Below, piece after piece: positions 61,728 through 64,000 of a DNA stretch of 64,000 nucleotides (positions within the stretch are counted from its first letter, which is position 1; every line of letters begins with the position of its first letter). A model generated the notes under the pieces. It was not told the DNA's origin and searched no databases. It was given only the letters and a program-made list of their open reading frames with translations. The translations under genes were made by a program, and so were the position numbers. The stretch is taken from contig CAWIIQ010000001.1 of assembly GCA_963836185.1 (NCBI GenBank), forward strand, positions 544,001-608,000. The letters run 5' to 3'. This DNA is from Candidatus Krumholzibacteriia bacterium. Its GTDB lineage: Bacteria > Krumholzibacteriota > Krumholzibacteriia > Krumholzibacteriales > Krumholzibacteriaceae.

Positions 61728-62756
61728 AACCTTCCTCCGAACCATCGCTCGAGCCTCTCCTGCGCCCAGCGGTGCGGGGGCAGTATCGTGCCCGACTGCA
61801 CGAGGTCGTAGATGTATGTCCCCGCGGTGGCGATTATCAGCAGCGGCCACCAGGTGCCGGCGAGGACGGCGGTGAATGCCGGGACGAGGAAGAACGACTT
61901 TGCCGATATCTTCCTCCACGTGGGGACGTCGCCCCGTATCACGTTGCCGTTGTTTCCGTCGATAGTTATCGAGTAGATGCGGTTCGCGTGCCGGTACCGC
62001 AGTATGTACACCGGGATAGTAGTAGATCGAGAGCCTGTTGCCGAAAAGCTCGAACCTGCTTGCCTTGATGAAAGCGCCCACGGGCGCAGCGAGCGTCGTC
62101 ATATAGTTGTATCCATCGCTGCGTGCCTGCGCGGCGGTCTTCATCGGCAGCGCTATGTTGAGCTTATCCTTCATGTCGTGTTCGAAGACGTTCCACTGCA
62201 GCAGCTGCGTTCTCAGCGATATTCCCTGGAGGCCGAGGTGCCTGAGGGAACAGGCCGGCGTCGACCAGTCGATACGCTTGAAGGTCAGTTTCGAGAAGGG
62301 ACGTTTCTCCTCCTGGATCCGGGTCACCGTCCGGGTCCCCTGTGGACTGGGAACGGGGACCTCTATCTCGTGCCTGAGGACTTCGTCGCCGCTGATCCAT
62401 CCCGACATCATCCCGCTCATCCGCCAGAAGGGCACGTTAATCATTCGAAGATCGATTATCGAGGCGTGTCTCGCCTTGATCCTGCCGCCGGTCTTTTCTG
62501 AAAGGTGCTTCAGGGCGGCGAGCCTCGCCTTGCCCTCGCTGATGCGGGGATCGAGGATATATCCGCGGACCCCTCTCGGGCGGGTGACGAGGAGCGCCGC
62601 GCCGCAGTATTCACAGCGGATGCTTCTCTCGCCCTCGTGGACCCTGAGAGATCCGCCGCACGCGCTGCAGCTCACACCGAATGTCTCGGAGGACATGGGA
62701 GCCTGCGGTACCGTCGCGGAGACTTCCGCGGTCGCGTTATCGAGAGTCTCAGTCAC
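61724..62756 (-). CDS. Zinc-ribbon membrane protein B (frameshift near 62012)
   Basis: GTG start overlapping the upstream TGA; CSACGG..CEYCG; VPFW; YYP(V)YILRY..IDG..G; C-terminal TMs in ORF 61724-62011. Confidence 0.7.
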
Positions 62757-63464
62757 TCTTGCTCGCAATCCTTGATCTTCAGGGTAAAGGCGCCCCATCC
62801 GGCCAGGGCGGCTGTCATTATCACCAGTATCCTCGCAGCCGCCGAATGGCCGAGCTTGCCGATGAAGAGATAAGCGACCGCCATCGCCGCGGCGGCGAGG
62901 ATGTTCGGCACGCTGACTGACGCCGGGCGTTCCGGGAGGCAGCGATTCGGCGAACACGTAATAGCTTTCGCCCATGATCAGGGCGCGGTATTTCTTTCCC
63001 GATGCCCGGTATCTTACCCGGTAGATGGGAAGAAAGAGTATCCTGGCAGCTTGGGCCAGCGTCTCCGGCTCCTCATCGTGCGGGAAGACCTTTTCTTCCC
63101 CGGCGAGAGATTCGTCGAAGAAACGGTATTCTCCTGCGGGAGGGAAGGAGAGAGGGCCGAGTTCGGGCCAGGTGCCCCTGCCGGGCTGGCCGAAGAGACG
63201 ACCCCTGTCATCCTCGAGCATGGTGTAGGGGATGTAGGCGAAATCGAGCTTTATATCCTTTGGAGACGCGAGGCTCTTTGCCGCGAGAAACGACCGGAGC
63301 GCCTCCTCGGCGTGCCGGTCGTTACGTTTGTGAGGCAGTATGAGGCGCTCGGGCCCCCTGTCCTCCTCTACGGCGAGGGCGATGCCGCAGTAAGAGCAGA
63401 AGAGCATCTCCTGCCCGGGGTGTATGCTGTTTTCGCCCCCGCAGAGGCGGCAATTAACCTGCAT
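62753..63464 (-). CDS. Zinc-ribbon membrane protein A (frameshift near 62935)
   Basis: CRLCGG..CSYCG; YIPY; LPIYRVRY; the shifted frame gives two TMs ending KIKDCEQE-TGA. Confidence 0.7.
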
Positions 63465-64000
63465 CGTCCTCTTTTTCCAGTTTTTCGCCGCAGCTCGTGC
63501 AGAACTTCGTTCCCGGAGGCAGCTTCGCGTCGCAGTGCGGGCAGGTCAGATCGGCGCCGATCTCATTTCCGCAGTTCGAGCAGAATTTAGCCTCGGCAGG
63601 CAGTTCCGTGCCGCAGTCCTGACATCTGTTCATCACGACCATATGGGTCCCGCAGTTCTGGCAGAACCTCGAGTCGGGCGTGACCTCGTTGTGGCATCTC
63701 GGGCACTCGAGCATCTCGATAGTGCCGGTAGCCGATGCGGACGGCCTGCTGACGTTCTGTGCGAGCATGCCGGGGATCATCATCCCGAGGCCGGCTCCGA
63801 CGCCGACGCCCATTCCGCTGGCCGCCGCCGCGCCCGCTCCGCCGCCGCCGCTGCCGCTCGATGATGCAGCGTCACCCATCGCCTTGGCGGCCTTGAATTT
63901 GAAGAACTCGTCGAGATTGCCGACGGCTTCGAGTCCGCTGCGCTCATCGATCATCTTCTGGACCTCAGGCGGCGGCGTGATCGAGTTGATGAAGAAGTCG
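63454..64000 (-). CDS. SPFH/band-7 domain protein with C-terminal double zinc ribbons (5'-truncated)
   Basis: SITPPPEVQKMIDER..., GMGVGVGAGLG, then repeated CxxC..FCxxCG ribbons. Confidence 0.85.
   Translation of the reverse strand, partial: DFFINSITPPPEVQKMIDERSGLEAVGNLDEFFKFKAAKAMGDAASSSGSGGGGAGAAAASGMGVGVGAGLGMMIPGMLAQNVSRPSASATGTIEMLECPRCHNEVTPDSRFCQNCGTHMVVMNRCQDCGTELPAEAKFCSNCGNEIGADLTCPHCDAKLPPGTKFCTSCGEKLEKEDDAG

Overview
GC-rich bacterial chromosomal segment. The gene style (FlgD/T9SS-like C-terminal domains, a PorV-like barrel, a C-terminal SWGxIKxL tail, many lipoproteins and secreted peptidases) suggests an FCB-group candidate phylum such as Krumholzibacteriota/Latescibacterota; this assignment is inference. 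About 45 genes are present: TamA/TamB, AsmA, a Ser/Thr kinase-TolB fusion, tricorn, two S9, M1, M29, S11 and HtpX peptidases, adk, lemA, an RluA-family gene, a DEAD-box helicase, a purF-like gene, def, DASS, USP, PAP2, a TonB receptor, a nucleoside-hydrolase/FmdE fusion, and an SPFH/zinc-ribbon operon at the right edge. Many genes carry single-base frameshifts, most likely long-read consensus errors. I recognised no rRNA, tRNA, CRISPR or transposase. The top finding is an in-frame TGA at 1404-1406 inside a five-repeat FG-GAP protein with a C-terminal FlgD-Ig domain. A hairpin matching the bacterial SECIS model (CCGCGT-GGTCG-ACGCGG) follows it, making this a candidate secreted FG-GAP selenoprotein. 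Other findings are a divergent NH-FmdE/TonB-receptor pair around a palindromic operator, a cassette-like accessory island with duplicated SGNH lipoproteins and a shared promoter motif, a PurF lacking the catalytic Cys, sigma54 promoters, and a small REP-like repeat.
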